From: a virus
DNA: 64,000 nt
Strand: one strand, 5' to 3'
Virus record (IMG/VR): IMGVR_UViG_3300005613_000026
Location: 23,576 to 87,575 of that record
Under the pieces are notes generated by a model. That model ran no database searches, was not told the origin of the DNA, and saw only the letters and a list, made by a program, of their open reading frames with translations. The number at the start of each line of letters is the position of its first letter. Position 1 is the stretch's first letter. Made by a program: the position numbers and the translations under genes. Below, one piece after another: positions 19,901-30,760 of the stretch.

Positions 19901-22900
19901 TATTATCAGCATCCCATACTGCAACATTGATAGACCCAGAAGAAATGGGCTCCCCTTTATATTTTAATTTAGCTCTAGCAACAAATGGAGTAGAAGACCC
20001 CATATAAACTCCATTAAACATTTCATTATCTATAACTAAATATTTTTCCTTAGTATAAGGATCAGTTTTTTGCACATAACATCTCTGAGGAACTTTAAGA
20101 TTATTTTTATTCTCAAGCTCAATTTCCCATGGATTAGTGAATCTAACATTAATAGTATGAGATAAATATTCAAATATATTATCTGAAGAAGAGTTACTTT
20201 CTTGAGTAGAACTCTCTCCATCAACTCCTTCAATCGCGGCTTCTATAGCTGAGGCATATTCTGCAAAAGGCCCACTAACAGCGACATTATCAGAACCAGA
20301 AGAAGGGGACACATACCCAGTATTCGGAATATAAGATTTAATTTGAACATCAAATTCTGCATTAGAAATCTGAGAGATAATACGAGTATCAGTTGTCATC
20401 CTAAGAGTTGCTTTTAAAACTCCCCCCTCTGTTCTTGTAACAAAGAAAGTATAAGCATCACTGTCGTCAAATTCTAAAGTAGAAGTAGTATTAAAAACAT
20501 CATCTGCTTGAGTCTCTCTCGTTATAGTTGCGTCTATATACATGCGAATAGGAGTGTCCTCAGAAATAGCCACACCGTATTGATCAGTAATCGATCCATA
20601 AAGGACAACAGTATCATCAAAATAAGCTTCTATATCTTCAGGATTCTTTTGAGGCTGATCCCACTGTAAACTTACACTATTTCCATCAATAAGTTCATAT
20701 CTAAGATTATTCACATCAATTAATGGTATCGCATTATCATCTGCATCAGAGCTAGGAGTAGATACTAAAAACAGAGGTTCAGAAGCCCTTCCATACTTAT
20801 CAATGTTCACGATGGAATAGTATGCATCTACATCATTATCTATATTTCTATGAACAAAATTAGTAGAAGTAGGTTCTCCCGAAAAAACCATAGAACCATT
20901 CGAGTAACCACTCTGATCAACAGATGGATAATCTAAAGATGAATAAAAAATTCTTATTCTTTTAATTCTATTATCACTTGGATTTACCCATCTTAAAAAT
21001 GTTTTTTTATTACCCGCAATAATGGAAGAATACCCTGAAACTTCTATTGGAGAGGGAAGAGAAGAACTCAAAGAAACAAAATAAGTATCATCTTCTGTAT
21101 CTGGAATTGTTATTTCTAATACAGTTGCATCTTCTGCAAAACAAAAATTGCCCAAAGAATTATAAGTATAAATTCTATAATAATAAGTCTCTCCTAAAAC
21201 AAAATCATAAGCATCAGATACATAATGTATCCCTGAAGAAACAGTTTCGTCGTATATAATATCCCCATCTTCTTCCCAAGAAGGAATTCTAATAGAATTG
21301 CGAACAATTCTGACACCCCCACCCTCAAAATTATAATCATCGGGAATTTGAAATTTTAATACTACTAACCTATCCCCATTGTCTTCTTTAACGCCAATAT
21401 ATTCCGTATCAATTTGCTCATTTTCTCCATTATATATTGGATTTTCAGTAAGATAGGAATTTATGTAACTAGAACTTCTAGCCTCATTATGAACACTAAT
21501 TTCTGTCATCTTACCTCTAAATGGATATATGCCAAGAGCAGTCCCGTCTTCCCCTATATTTACGTTATAATTAACATCGCTAAAATGAGAAGCAACCCCT
21601 AATAACGCCACTTGCTCTGATTGTCCATTTAAATAAAATGTAACATCAGAACCTCCATTATAAGTAACCGCTACGTGCTGCCACTTATAAGACTGTAAAG
21701 TTAAAGTAGAAGCTTCCGCGGTAGCCCCATCTCCGATATTACAACCTAAGTTGCCACTTGAATTTGTGGCAAAAGCATAATTGAAAGATGTAGTATTATC
21801 CCTACTCAAGAAAACAACCTCTGACACATTATATGGATACACCCATGCCGATATTGTAATGCTATTATCAGATCCAGTAAACAATATTTCTGTTCTATTG
21901 TTAGGATCAGAAGCACTAGCGTATCCTCCTTCTCCGTCAAAAAATAATCCTGAAGATCCTTCTGGAACAAATTCCGAACTATACCATCTTGGATCTTCTC
22001 TTGTAAAAGATAAATCTAAATTACCGACAAAATCAAATATATTAGACCCCTCTCCTTCACTAAGATGCCATAGCCCTAAAACACTTGAATCTTTATTAAT
22101 ACCATTTGCAACTAAAGGAGAATTATCCTCAGGAAAAGTTTCGAATATAGAAATACCTCTAGGAACATTTCTAGTTTTTGGAGTAACCTTTATAGTTCTT
22201 CCTTCACTAACAGCTAAATCTGAATTATAAGTATAAACTCTGTAATAATAATCTTGCCCTTCCGTTAAGCCAGTATCCAAAACTCTACCAATAAATCCAT
22301 CAGACACAGAGGTCCCAGAACCTGGAGTATATGCAAGCGGATAATCTTCGTTACTCCTTACTACTCTAATACCAGAATAATTTGCATCAGCATCAGTTGA
22401 AAGAATAGAATTTACTGTATTAGTGTCATTCGTGTCTATATTATCTTCTAATGCCCCAAAAAAAAGCACATTAACATATACAGCTCCATATTCAATTAAA
22501 TTATATTTAATTTCACCTGGATAATTGTTCTCTATCTTAGTAACAATGTCTTTAGCTATATCATGTCTAAAATTATTATTATCATTCCACGTCATACTGC
22601 CACTCTGATCCATAACAATGGTAACTACGCGATCATCTAATTCTAATTCTATTTTTTCAGTTCCATCTCCCTCATCTGTAACTTTTGTATTTTTCAATTT
22701 CTGATTTAAAGTATCTGAAAAATAATTCAAGACTTCAGTAGTAGATTCTGTAGGATTCACTACAATTTTCTCTTCTGCATCCTGAACAGCATCAAAATCA
22801 CTATATATACGATGAGCCTGCCTTTTATCATAATTGATATACCATTGTCCTCTGGACAAAGAAGATTGACCATTAATGGCTTCGTAATATACTTTAGTAT

Positions 22901-22919
22901 TCAAAGATGGCATTAACAT
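16950..22919 (-). CDS. Putative virion/baseplate protein (1989 aa): vWA N-half with DxSxS, FN3-like, LamG, C-terminal Kelch repeats
   Basis: VTIVMDQSGSM; GLWHLSEGEG...TISAWVYP...WQHVAVTY...FYLNG (LamG); YIYVAGG, IYTLGG, YIFGG, IYIIGG (Kelch). Confidence 0.7.
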   Translation of the reverse strand: MLMPSLNTKVYYEAINGQSSLSRGQWYINYDKRQAHRIYSDFDAVQDAEEKIVVNPTESTTEVLNYFSDTLNQKLKNTKVTDEGDGTEKIELELDDRVVTIVMDQSGSMTWNDNNNFRHDIAKDIVTKIENNYPGEIKYNLIEYGAVYVNVLFFGALEDNIDTNDTNTVNSILSTDADANYSGIRVVRSNEDYPLAYTPGSGTSVSDGFIGRVLDTGLTEGQDYYYRVYTYNSDLAVSEGRTIKVTPKTRNVPRGISIFETFPEDNSPLVANGINKDSSVLGLWHLSEGEGSNIFDFVGNLDLSFTREDPRWYSSEFVPEGSSGLFFDGEGGYASASDPNNRTEILFTGSDNSITISAWVYPYNVSEVVFLSRDNTTSFNYAFATNSSGNLGCNIGDGATAEASTLTLQSYKWQHVAVTYNGGSDVTFYLNGQSEQVALLGVASHFSDVNYNVNIGEDGTALGIYPFRGKMTEISVHNEARSSSYINSYLTENPIYNGENEQIDTEYIGVKEDNGDRLVVLKFQIPDDYNFEGGGVRIVRNSIRIPSWEEDGDIIYDETVSSGIHYVSDAYDFVLGETYYYRIYTYNSLGNFCFAEDATVLEITIPDTEDDTYFVSLSSSLPSPIEVSGYSSIIAGNKKTFLRWVNPSDNRIKRIRIFYSSLDYPSVDQSGYSNGSMVFSGEPTSTNFVHRNIDNDVDAYYSIVNIDKYGRASEPLFLVSTPSSDADDNAIPLIDVNNLRYELIDGNSVSLQWDQPQKNPEDIEAYFDDTVVLYGSITDQYGVAISEDTPIRMYIDATITRETQADDVFNTTSTLEFDDSDAYTFFVTRTEGGVLKATLRMTTDTRIISQISNAEFDVQIKSYIPNTGYVSPSSGSDNVAVSGPFAEYASAIEAAIEGVDGESSTQESNSSSDNIFEYLSHTINVRFTNPWEIELENKNNLKVPQRCYVQKTDPYTKEKYLVIDNEMFNGVYMGSSTPFVARAKLKYKGEPISSGSINVAVWDADNTNLCANAGNTTSAGPYEGPKTKVSTIVTPPNSTMGVLLGTETREVGGETVSTTISYVDIPIYAPDMPQAVRLFVKGSNAGYSSVKDIYILFQSILQIDIQAGDPEIDGKSVAEQQAIARILHPDYPTDKSLVTYPDDSTVVQWKIVPIQGNERNLYSVDNVPIPNGVYSYTRNGVARSVFLGPIQRGSTKIDEVQEVSATIVYNGLSSTAKQYIRLEYDPDSFEKFQARFLMEVDGGWRGYGSSLAWRGAGWLDADLYPLWTDGSDYKRMKISRDPANTTSDFKASTCFINCADQDDSQVFELSSGQVVHVNLGDDNLEIIHGEVSEELDPYTGRYVLNIGRNGFVDYGDAYIQLNDEEESDITYFYIRANKFASESGAINNSDCDDENEINKCLCLAKDDTKGLTQCDLPRWSPVVYAKGETTIFVNDQPLVLFGGGDFYNGIPPCPIALKEPLALVIDSKWVIDDGERIEVYNDNFLDADGNTLVKHDSDVYVKVRVLWRGESIPDDTPIYVSIGNNTIDNLFIASRYIYYTATESDGFSYVTVRLSASRVPEETTTETIKMYSVYDENGETDRNVFVQVNLTINREDETVDTVSNPSIVTTISSAVVTPYSRTMERYDINNDEWTLVREMTQSRGNAFVGSVGSYIYVAGGMKGNGADISSITERYDADNDEWSTVSNMITPRFGGSTVVIGTDIYTLGGISLNLLENGEADVSLANEVYHTDTGLWESLTPFPVISTGAFEDRLGVAFGTAQHFVIGAKNYIYVLSGIKRVSITSSSSDIREYNNRILRYCIEDDQWAYSDILFTDEILTYNRIFPLSIKYDDKIIVFNGAKESGGNFVYPSDDFCISPELSMTRTGTQRYIQFNSGYLGDFPSPKFQSAMAEYDPSPSTDNADYYIFGGVDSSSSSLDAVEQITVSSNNFDYNASFENEDSSNLLTRMLTAKHGASAAYCNVSGSPYIYIIGGYTDARGDDSIDINFG

Positions 22920-22927
22920 TCTCCATT

Positions 22928-24895
22928 TTATATTTTAATGGCTGATGGGAAAGACATATACTCATCATTGTCTACTGTCTCCCAAATAACGAAATTATCT
23001 ACATCTCCACCCGCTGATGACATCACTAAAAAATAATTATCACCATAAGTCGCAGCAGAAACATTCCCGTCATCATCCAAACGTGTTATATTAAAATTAT
23101 ACCAATCATCTTGCACAACTTGATTAATAGTATTCTTATAATCATAAACTAATAAAGGGTTAGATGGATTATTTGAGGATTCGTATAGCTGCATATGTAT
23201 GGTAACATAAGGACTAACGGTCTCATTTGGACCCTCTGCATAAGGAGTCTCTGAATCAACCCCTATATATATCTTATCAATAGCACACTGTTTTTCCTTT
23301 ATTCTTATTCCTAAACTATGCTCCTGATTATCGGGAATAGTTACAGTTGTATTCACCCACTGCCATTGCTCTGCTGAAGGATCTCCTAAAGTTTCATTAA
23401 GAGTTCTTACAACCTCTCCATCTAAAAGAATCTCCATAGAAATTGTATTTGATTCTAAAGATATACATCTTATCCATAGATCATACGTATCATCATTAAC
23501 AGCCTTAATAGGGTAGCACACTACAGGAAATCTAGAAAGATTGTCATTATGTAATATCATATATCCATTCCCTGTAGAACCTCCTACTGTATCCGCAAAA
23601 TACAATATATTTCCACTTCTAGTACTAATAGAAGAATAATTAGTAGCGTCTATTACTACAGGCTCCGTATTATATAAAGACCAGTAATCTCTAGAGTTAG
23701 ATCCTACCCTTCTTAAATACACACTTGCTTTTGTGGGAACAAATTCTCCATTTACTTCAAATTCTTGAGCCAGCCTCAACCTAATTAAAGGATCTTCAAA
23801 TATATAAACTTTCCCTTCTCCAGAACTTCCAGCTGAAGAAGCATCTGCTCCTACTGCTAAAAACCTATTGTAAATAGTAACAGAACTACCGAAACTATCC
23901 CCCGTAGACAATCCTGATACATATATTTTTTTTAAATGTCCCCAATCTCTTTTTTTGTAAAAAACATCAGCCACTCCCTTATCGTCAGAACCAACTGAAC
24001 CAACTATCAAAAAATCTCCTTCCAACTCAACGCTACATCCAAATCTATTACCTTCATAACTATTTTCATTGACCCCTGTAACTTTTTCCACTTCATACCA
24101 TCTATCTACCTTTTTATACACATAAACCGCTCCAGAATTTACAATAGAATTAGCATCTTCATATTGTGCCCCAATAGCTAGATAAGAAGAAGATACTGAT
24201 ATTGATCCGCCAAACTGAGCATTTTCCTCCCTATTAGAAGGATACAAATTATAGGCAAATTGCCAAACCTCAGAATCAGAATCAAAGGAATACACATAAG
24301 CAGCCCCACTGCCATTGCTATTCCCTGTCGCTCCGACTATAATATCTTCGCCATCAAACGCTACTGATGCTCCAAAATAGTCTCCTATTGTAGGAATCTC
24401 CGAAACAATTTTCTGATATTGAGTCCATCCATTAGTATTGTTAGTAGAATTTCTCTTAAATATATAAATAGCACCTTTACTACTAGAATCTCCTGGAGCC
24501 CCAACTACAAGATACGCTCCAGAAATAGATACTGAAGATCCGAACAAAGATCCAGACACAGCATCTGACCCTACCACAGTATAATAGTTACTCCACGTAT
24601 CTCCTCCATCATCTTTGTAAATAGCCGCCTCTCCCTTATCTCCATTCTCATTTTCTGCTCCAATAACTATATATCCATCATCCATATCTACAGAACAACC
24701 AAAGCCACTCATGAGCAAAGATAAATCTTTAATCTGACTCCATTCCTCATTTAATCCTCTTTTATAAAGATAGGCAGCATTATTTCCTCTTTCGCCTACA
24801 ACTAAATAATAACCCCTTAAAGAACAAGCACTACCATATCTATAATTATCTAGACCTGTTGCATTAGTTAAAATATTATGTTGAATATACGCCAT
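22928..24895 (-). CDS. FG-GAP repeat beta-propeller protein with a C-terminal carbohydrate-binding-like beta domain
   Basis: About seven repeats of FGxSV.I.G.YLVVGAP...GA.Y.F; YDLWIR...WQW...HSLGI...IDKIYI. Confidence 0.8.
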   Translation of the reverse strand: MAYIQHNILTNATGLDNYRYGSACSLRGYYLVVGERGNNAAYLYKRGLNEEWSQIKDLSLLMSGFGCSVDMDDGYIVIGAENENGDKGEAAIYKDDGGDTWSNYYTVVGSDAVSGSLFGSSVSISGAYLVVGAPGDSSSKGAIYIFKRNSTNNTNGWTQYQKIVSEIPTIGDYFGASVAFDGEDIIVGATGNSNGSGAAYVYSFDSDSEVWQFAYNLYPSNREENAQFGGSISVSSSYLAIGAQYEDANSIVNSGAVYVYKKVDRWYEVEKVTGVNENSYEGNRFGCSVELEGDFLIVGSVGSDDKGVADVFYKKRDWGHLKKIYVSGLSTGDSFGSSVTIYNRFLAVGADASSAGSSGEGKVYIFEDPLIRLRLAQEFEVNGEFVPTKASVYLRRVGSNSRDYWSLYNTEPVVIDATNYSSISTRSGNILYFADTVGGSTGNGYMILHNDNLSRFPVVCYPIKAVNDDTYDLWIRCISLESNTISMEILLDGEVVRTLNETLGDPSAEQWQWVNTTVTIPDNQEHSLGIRIKEKQCAIDKIYIGVDSETPYAEGPNETVSPYVTIHMQLYESSNNPSNPLLVYDYKNTINQVVQDDWYNFNITRLDDDGNVSAATYGDNYFLVMSSAGGDVDNFVIWETVDNDEYMSFPSAIKI

Positions 24896-24904
24896 TTTTT
24901 CCTC

Positions 24905-27900
24905 TTATATAGGTACACCTGTTGAAAGTCTCATTGGATAATCAAAAGAAGGAACTCTAAACATATTATTACCAAAAACCCAAACATCATTACCAACAAT
25001 CAATATTTTATGAATAGTTTGCAACGCTGTATTCTCTTTGGGTTTTATTACATTATCTTCGATAATAGCATAAGTCCCATTACTAAGTCCCACTACTGTC
25101 TTATCGACACTATCAGTATCTATACAATTAATAGTTACACCAGATTCCCATATTATTCCTAGATCTATATCTTGCAAAGAAGCATTATCACTATTAAAAG
25201 TTCCATTATCAGAATAAAGTCCTTGTTTAGTAGCAACATAAGTATTTGTATAACCAAAACGAACAATATCTAATATATCCAAAGCAGGACCAATACCTGT
25301 TGATACAAAATTATATCCATTTGCAGATAGTTTTATTTCTCCATCTATTACAGCAAATAACACATTTGAACTCAACATAGTAGAGACAGGAGAATTAGAA
25401 GAGACACTCTTATCCCAATCATTAACCAAAAATGATTTTGCATATATACCATCATCACCTCCAATAATCAAATTATTTCCCACATACCCCATACTATATA
25501 AATTATTAGACAATCCACTTCTGGTATAATCAGACCATGTTGCACCATAGTCTTGAGATTCATATATATTTGTATCTGTTACAATGTAAATATAATCATT
25601 CGCCCTATATATATCTCTGACCATAGTTGTCGAAGATACAGATACAGACACCTGTCCTATTTCAAAAGTAGTAGAATCTATCTCTAATACTCCTCCCCGT
25701 CCTCCTACTAAAACTTTACCAGTTTCAGAAACATAGATTACAGCAGAAGGATATATCAGTGATAAAGAATCTGTATTTTCACTAGACTCTAATTTGTAAT
25801 TAATAGTAGAATTCAAAGTGTCATACCAGTTATTTCCGTATGGTATAATATTTCTACTTTGCAATAATGGACTATATATAGATTGCATATCTGGCCATTG
25901 CTTTTCTGTATAAATACCTAATTTAGTTATATTTACTTGTTGAACCTGAGAGAGGTAAGAAGGCAATCCTGAATACACATCCTCAAATGCATCCTCTATC
26001 TCTCTGTGCAAAAGAGCCCCAGCATTCTTTGTAGAAACTCCCATTATGTCAACTCTCATATCATCATATTTATCAAATGGAATACCAAATTCGAATAACC
26101 CATCAGAAGTATTTATAGAAGTTGTATAACTAGTTCCCTTTGTTTGATTGGTATTATAATAAACTGGAACTTCTGTAGTAGTCGTTTCTCCAAAATTAGA
26201 TGTCACAGATACAACTGTTACTAGCTGAGTATTAATAGCAGGATAAACAAAATCTGTCTTCAACTGCTCGTATATTTGTGATAAGAATTTATCTATATCA
26301 GCAAATAGAGTTCTCACCATAGTGACAACAGTATCTCCACTGGTTTCTGCTAATGAAGTAATCGAATCTAAATCTGTTGTTACATTAGAAGCATATGTGT
26401 CAGCGATATCTTTATGAGCTGTCTCATCATCATAAGACGGAAGAGAGAAATTAATAAAATTCTCAGCACTTATGCTAATAGTCTCTTCTGATTCTCCAAA
26501 TTGAAGACCATTCTGATATACATATAACTTAGCATCATATTTATCTCTGGACCATCCTCCATACTCAGCAAAATAAATATCATACTTATTAGATACTTCA
26601 ACATAACTACCTTGAGAAATTGCTTCATCAAAAAAGACATTATGAGAAGACCCTTCATTATTATAATAACATCCTATCTTTTGGACAGCATTATCAACAT
26701 AAAATGTAGGTATAGATGTGTTTTTTTGCTCATATTGTAGCCACATCTTTTCATTATCATCAAAGATATATAATTTCTTTTCTGCACCGATAAATAAATC
26801 ATTACCAATAACTGCTAAACAAGTAATTGGTACTGGATTATTTTTAATATTGGTTAAAGGCCATACCGAAACAGAATCAGCATCAATTATGGTATAAATA
26901 GATAAATTTTCAGATCCTTGAGGGCCCTCATCTGTTCCTACATATATCTTGTCATTAAATATTTCCATCCTTCTAGAATAAGAACAATCCAAATCCATGA
27001 CCTTTGAAAAATCTCCGTCACCTAAATCTTTTCTATAAACGGCAGTGTCTGCTAACGCAAAAATATTGGAAGTTGTTTTTATAAATTTTCTTATCTTAAT
27101 AAAAGAATCTAATTCTGTTATATAACTCCAACTTCTACCGTTATCAATAGATTGAATAAGACCCAACTCATTACTAACTAAAATCCTACCAGTTACTCCA
27201 TTAGAACCATCTATAAATTCATCTTCATATATAATACCATAAGCTTCTGAAGTTCTAGGCCCAAATATTGATAACTTTTCCCAAGTATCTTCTATATATG
27301 GAACATATTGGCTATTTAATCTAAACACTCCCAAGTCTGTTGATAAATAAAGATTCCCCGTAGAGTCTTCCGCAATATCTCTAATAGCTTTTACAAAATC
27401 AAGACCTGACATTTTTCTCCAAGAACGGAAACTTGTTCCATTTGAGATATATACATTCTGAGCAGTAATAGCATAATAATCTCCAGCATCAGATTGATAT
27501 ATCCTATGAACAGTAGATGGAAATGTTTGTCTTTGCTCCCATTCTCTACCATAATTATCACTAAACCACACCCCACTACTCGTAGCAGCAACTAAAGTTT
27601 CTGTTTCTGGACCTTGAACTATATCATAAAAAGCAACAGCATCTCCCATCTTATTTCTATCCTCGTCAGAATAAGATTCTGCTAAACTATATAAATAATT
27701 ATCAAACGTTTGCATCGGTAATTTAAGAGGTATTAATCTTTCATTTATTCTTCCACTATGATGAATTTGCGGCATTTGCTCTGAAGAAAACATCCCCGTC
27801 TCAAATTGATCTGCACTTAAAGATTTAACTCTAGATGATGGAAGTTCTCCTGAAACTTCTGAAACATTGACCAATTCAATTCCAATAGAAGGAGCCGCAG

Positions 27901-30751
27901 AATACGGAGTATCTGGACAATTATCTCCCCTGCAAGCAGAATATAGAGGCTCTTGAAATACTATCTCTCCATTATCTACATCTATCTCATAAGAGACTGG
28001 GGATTCTCCTATCTGAGCTTGCCTTAATCTTACAACATCAACATTACCTTGTGCATCTGAAAAATAATCTTCATTAATAATCCCTGCCACATATACTATA
28101 TAATTATCAGCTCCTTCTAAATCTGATTCTGTAGTATAAACTTGATAATCATTTGTAGTCCAATCTAAAACAGTAATATTAGAATGAAGTTCTATTCTTT
28201 TATCTAGACCATTTTCAACTATATGTCTATGAGCATTAATTTTTTCATCGGTTCTATCTCTTATAGGATCTTCAAATCCTGCCAAATTATAAGCAAGAGA
28301 AGAATCTATAGATATAGATCCTGTTCTAGAAGTTATTTGAGCAATTAAAATAGAATTAGAAGGAGTTACCGCAGACTCTGATACAACCGCCTCAACTCCA
28401 TTCCTGTATTTTCTAACAATATAATAATATGTTTCACCATCTTTTAATAATGCATCTCTATCTATATAAGTAGTTTCTGAAGGAAAAGCAAATCCAATAT
28501 ATTCAAAAGAATAATTATTATAATTAGATCTTAATATCTCATACCCATCAAATCCATCAGAGCTGGCATTCCATGATAACTCTGCATTACCTCCACTACT
28601 CCCTATAACTATCAAACCCTCCACAACATCCATATCAGAAAAAGATCTTGGCTCAGCAGGAGGTGTAAAAGTAGAAATATAATTATCAGCAGGATTAAAC
28701 GATTCATTACCATACATATCTACAGATGTTATAAAATAATTATAAGAATTACCATTTACAACAGTATAATCCGTAAATGAAGTATTAGTTGCAGGAATTG
28801 TTGCGATAGCTAAAAACTCATCAGCCTTTAAGTAAAAAGCATAATCTGCCCTATATATTTTAAAATAAGATATATCATCATACTCAGAAGGAAGATTCCA
28901 TTGCAAATATACTTCTGTATCTCCAGTGGTTACTAATAAATTTTGAGGAGGTTCTGGCCTCAAAACTTCTTCTTCATCTTCCTGAAATTGAATTGATGAA
29001 GTATAACTATTACCCTCAGTACCAAATACATCAAAAGGAGTTATAACTACATTATATCTATAATCTAAACTAAACTCACTCGAAGGAATAACATAACTAA
29101 ATCTTTTACTTATTTTTTCAGCATTGGCATAAAAAGTATCTTCATAAGTCGAAGGACTCTCAGGATCTACCCCTAAATCTGTTATAGTTATCGTTATCTT
29201 ATTATAATCAAAATAAGATTCTGTAGGATTAGTCCAAGAAATAAATAAACTATTATCTGTTTTTCTTTCAATTGAATAATTAGTAATAGCCGATACCAAC
29301 TCGGTAACAGGTGTCTTTTCTATCCTGGTAACAAACCCCCCACTTCTATTGCCATCTACATCCTCTGTCTGAATTAGAATGGTATAAGGTGTGTACTCTT
29401 TGAATGACTCATATTCTAATAATCCATTCTCTCTAAACGGAAGATATTTTATATGATGAAGATAACATTGACCATCATTGGTATCTGTGCAAGCGCTTGA
29501 CCGAACAAAAGTTTCAAGCACTTCTATGGGCTCGCTATCTCTGCTGCCGTTTTCTAAAAAAGTAATAATGAACTTATGAGCATATGCTAAATAAGGATCG
29601 TCTTGATCATATCTCCAATATAGATCTGCTTCTAACCCAACATTCTCAAATTGACTCAATTCAAACTGAATATCTGCACTACTTATTTCTCCCGCTCCTG
29701 GTAAATAGAGCATTTTCTTTTCAATAGATATTCCATCTGAAAGATATAATGCATCACTTACAGAATAAATAGTTACCCTATAAGTAGCACCATTTGTTAA
29801 CTCCTCAAATACTGTATAAGTAGAATCCAAGACATTATAAGTTTCAGCTTCTACATCAACAGATACAGGACTCCCATCTACATTATAGTCAGCATCTAAT
29901 AATTGCAAAACAACTCTGTATAAACTAACATTATTAGAACTAGAATGGTTCCAAACAACCTCCATCGTCTGATTGCCAGTATAAGCTTGAATAAAACTTG
30001 GAGGGAGAGGAATACGACTATCTACATCTGTAGATATAGATAAAATCGTAGGATCGCTCTCATTTCCACTTAAGTCTACTGCTATAATTTGATAAATATA
30101 ACTAGTATTCTGTTCTAAATCACCATCAGCATAAAAAGTTTCTTCTGTTATTCCTAAATCATTATAATCAGAACCATCGAATTTTCTAATTTTATAATAA
30201 TCAAAATCAGCTTCATTATTGGCTGTCCAAGAAAAAGCCAATTGCTTATATCCTAACATGACTAAATCTTCATTTTCGTTAGTTATGCCAAGTAAATTTC
30301 GAATATAAATTTCAAATTCAGAAGTATAGCTGGTCAAAGAAGATAGGTATGACTGAATATCTGTTACTTGAACAACTCCTTCAGGAGAATTAGGAGGAAC
30401 AGAATCCTCTGCCACAACACTGGCTATTGATGAATTCCCACTAAGGGCAGCCACTTCATTATCTTTCGCTCTTATATAAACATATCTACTAGTATTATCA
30501 TCTATTTGTATTTGAATTGCACCAAAAGACTGCATAACTCTTCTGCCGATTATGCCCATTCCTCTAGAAACATAAAGATCTCCGTCTTCATAAGTTACAT
30601 CCCAACCATTAATAATACCTTCATCAACTTGATCTGAAATAAAAGCTAATTGATTATCTATAGTTGTAAATCGTCTGTTATCAGATGCAGAAGCATAAAA
30701 ATCTTCCCATCCAAATGATTCTAAATCGTAATGTTCAGTCTTTATAGGCAT
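24905..30751 (-). CDS. Putative tail fibre/spike protein (1948 aa) with FN3 domains and BNR-type propellers
   Basis: N-terminus paralogous to 52785..56027; Y.I.AVDLSGNES FN3 ends; SDNYGREW, SIDNGRSW, SQDYGATW (BNR/Asp-box). Confidence 0.65.
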   Translation of the reverse strand: MPIKTEHYDLESFGWEDFYASASDNRRFTTIDNQLAFISDQVDEGIINGWDVTYEDGDLYVSRGMGIIGRRVMQSFGAIQIQIDDNTSRYVYIRAKDNEVAALSGNSSIASVVAEDSVPPNSPEGVVQVTDIQSYLSSLTSYTSEFEIYIRNLLGITNENEDLVMLGYKQLAFSWTANNEADFDYYKIRKFDGSDYNDLGITEETFYADGDLEQNTSYIYQIIAVDLSGNESDPTILSISTDVDSRIPLPPSFIQAYTGNQTMEVVWNHSSSNNVSLYRVVLQLLDADYNVDGSPVSVDVEAETYNVLDSTYTVFEELTNGATYRVTIYSVSDALYLSDGISIEKKMLYLPGAGEISSADIQFELSQFENVGLEADLYWRYDQDDPYLAYAHKFIITFLENGSRDSEPIEVLETFVRSSACTDTNDGQCYLHHIKYLPFRENGLLEYESFKEYTPYTILIQTEDVDGNRSGGFVTRIEKTPVTELVSAITNYSIERKTDNSLFISWTNPTESYFDYNKITITITDLGVDPESPSTYEDTFYANAEKISKRFSYVIPSSEFSLDYRYNVVITPFDVFGTEGNSYTSSIQFQEDEEEVLRPEPPQNLLVTTGDTEVYLQWNLPSEYDDISYFKIYRADYAFYLKADEFLAIATIPATNTSFTDYTVVNGNSYNYFITSVDMYGNESFNPADNYISTFTPPAEPRSFSDMDVVEGLIVIGSSGGNAELSWNASSDGFDGYEILRSNYNNYSFEYIGFAFPSETTYIDRDALLKDGETYYYIVRKYRNGVEAVVSESAVTPSNSILIAQITSRTGSISIDSSLAYNLAGFEDPIRDRTDEKINAHRHIVENGLDKRIELHSNITVLDWTTNDYQVYTTESDLEGADNYIVYVAGIINEDYFSDAQGNVDVVRLRQAQIGESPVSYEIDVDNGEIVFQEPLYSACRGDNCPDTPYSAAPSIGIELVNVSEVSGELPSSRVKSLSADQFETGMFSSEQMPQIHHSGRINERLIPLKLPMQTFDNYLYSLAESYSDEDRNKMGDAVAFYDIVQGPETETLVAATSSGVWFSDNYGREWEQRQTFPSTVHRIYQSDAGDYYAITAQNVYISNGTSFRSWRKMSGLDFVKAIRDIAEDSTGNLYLSTDLGVFRLNSQYVPYIEDTWEKLSIFGPRTSEAYGIIYEDEFIDGSNGVTGRILVSNELGLIQSIDNGRSWSYITELDSFIKIRKFIKTTSNIFALADTAVYRKDLGDGDFSKVMDLDCSYSRRMEIFNDKIYVGTDEGPQGSENLSIYTIIDADSVSVWPLTNIKNNPVPITCLAVIGNDLFIGAEKKLYIFDDNEKMWLQYEQKNTSIPTFYVDNAVQKIGCYYNNEGSSHNVFFDEAISQGSYVEVSNKYDIYFAEYGGWSRDKYDAKLYVYQNGLQFGESEETISISAENFINFSLPSYDDETAHKDIADTYASNVTTDLDSITSLAETSGDTVVTMVRTLFADIDKFLSQIYEQLKTDFVYPAINTQLVTVVSVTSNFGETTTTEVPVYYNTNQTKGTSYTTSINTSDGLFEFGIPFDKYDDMRVDIMGVSTKNAGALLHREIEDAFEDVYSGLPSYLSQVQQVNITKLGIYTEKQWPDMQSIYSPLLQSRNIIPYGNNWYDTLNSTINYKLESSENTDSLSLIYPSAVIYVSETGKVLVGGRGGVLEIDSTTFEIGQVSVSVSSTTMVRDIYRANDYIYIVTDTNIYESQDYGATWSDYTRSGLSNNLYSMGYVGNNLIIGGDDGIYAKSFLVNDWDKSVSSNSPVSTMLSSNVLFAVIDGEIKLSANGYNFVSTGIGPALDILDIVRFGYTNTYVATKQGLYSDNGTFNSDNASLQDIDLGIIWESGVTINCIDTDSVDKTVVGLSNGTYAIIEDNVIKPKENTALQTIHKILIVGNDVWVFGNNMFRVPSFDYPMRLSTGVPI

Positions 30752-30760
30752 GTCATTCTA

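Noticed and set aside
1071-22919. MoxR-vWA chaperone pair formed by the AAA ATPase and the vWA protein
   Set aside because: The ATPase N-terminal region is Ycf46-like rather than MoxR-like, and the genes are 14-20 kb apart in different modules.
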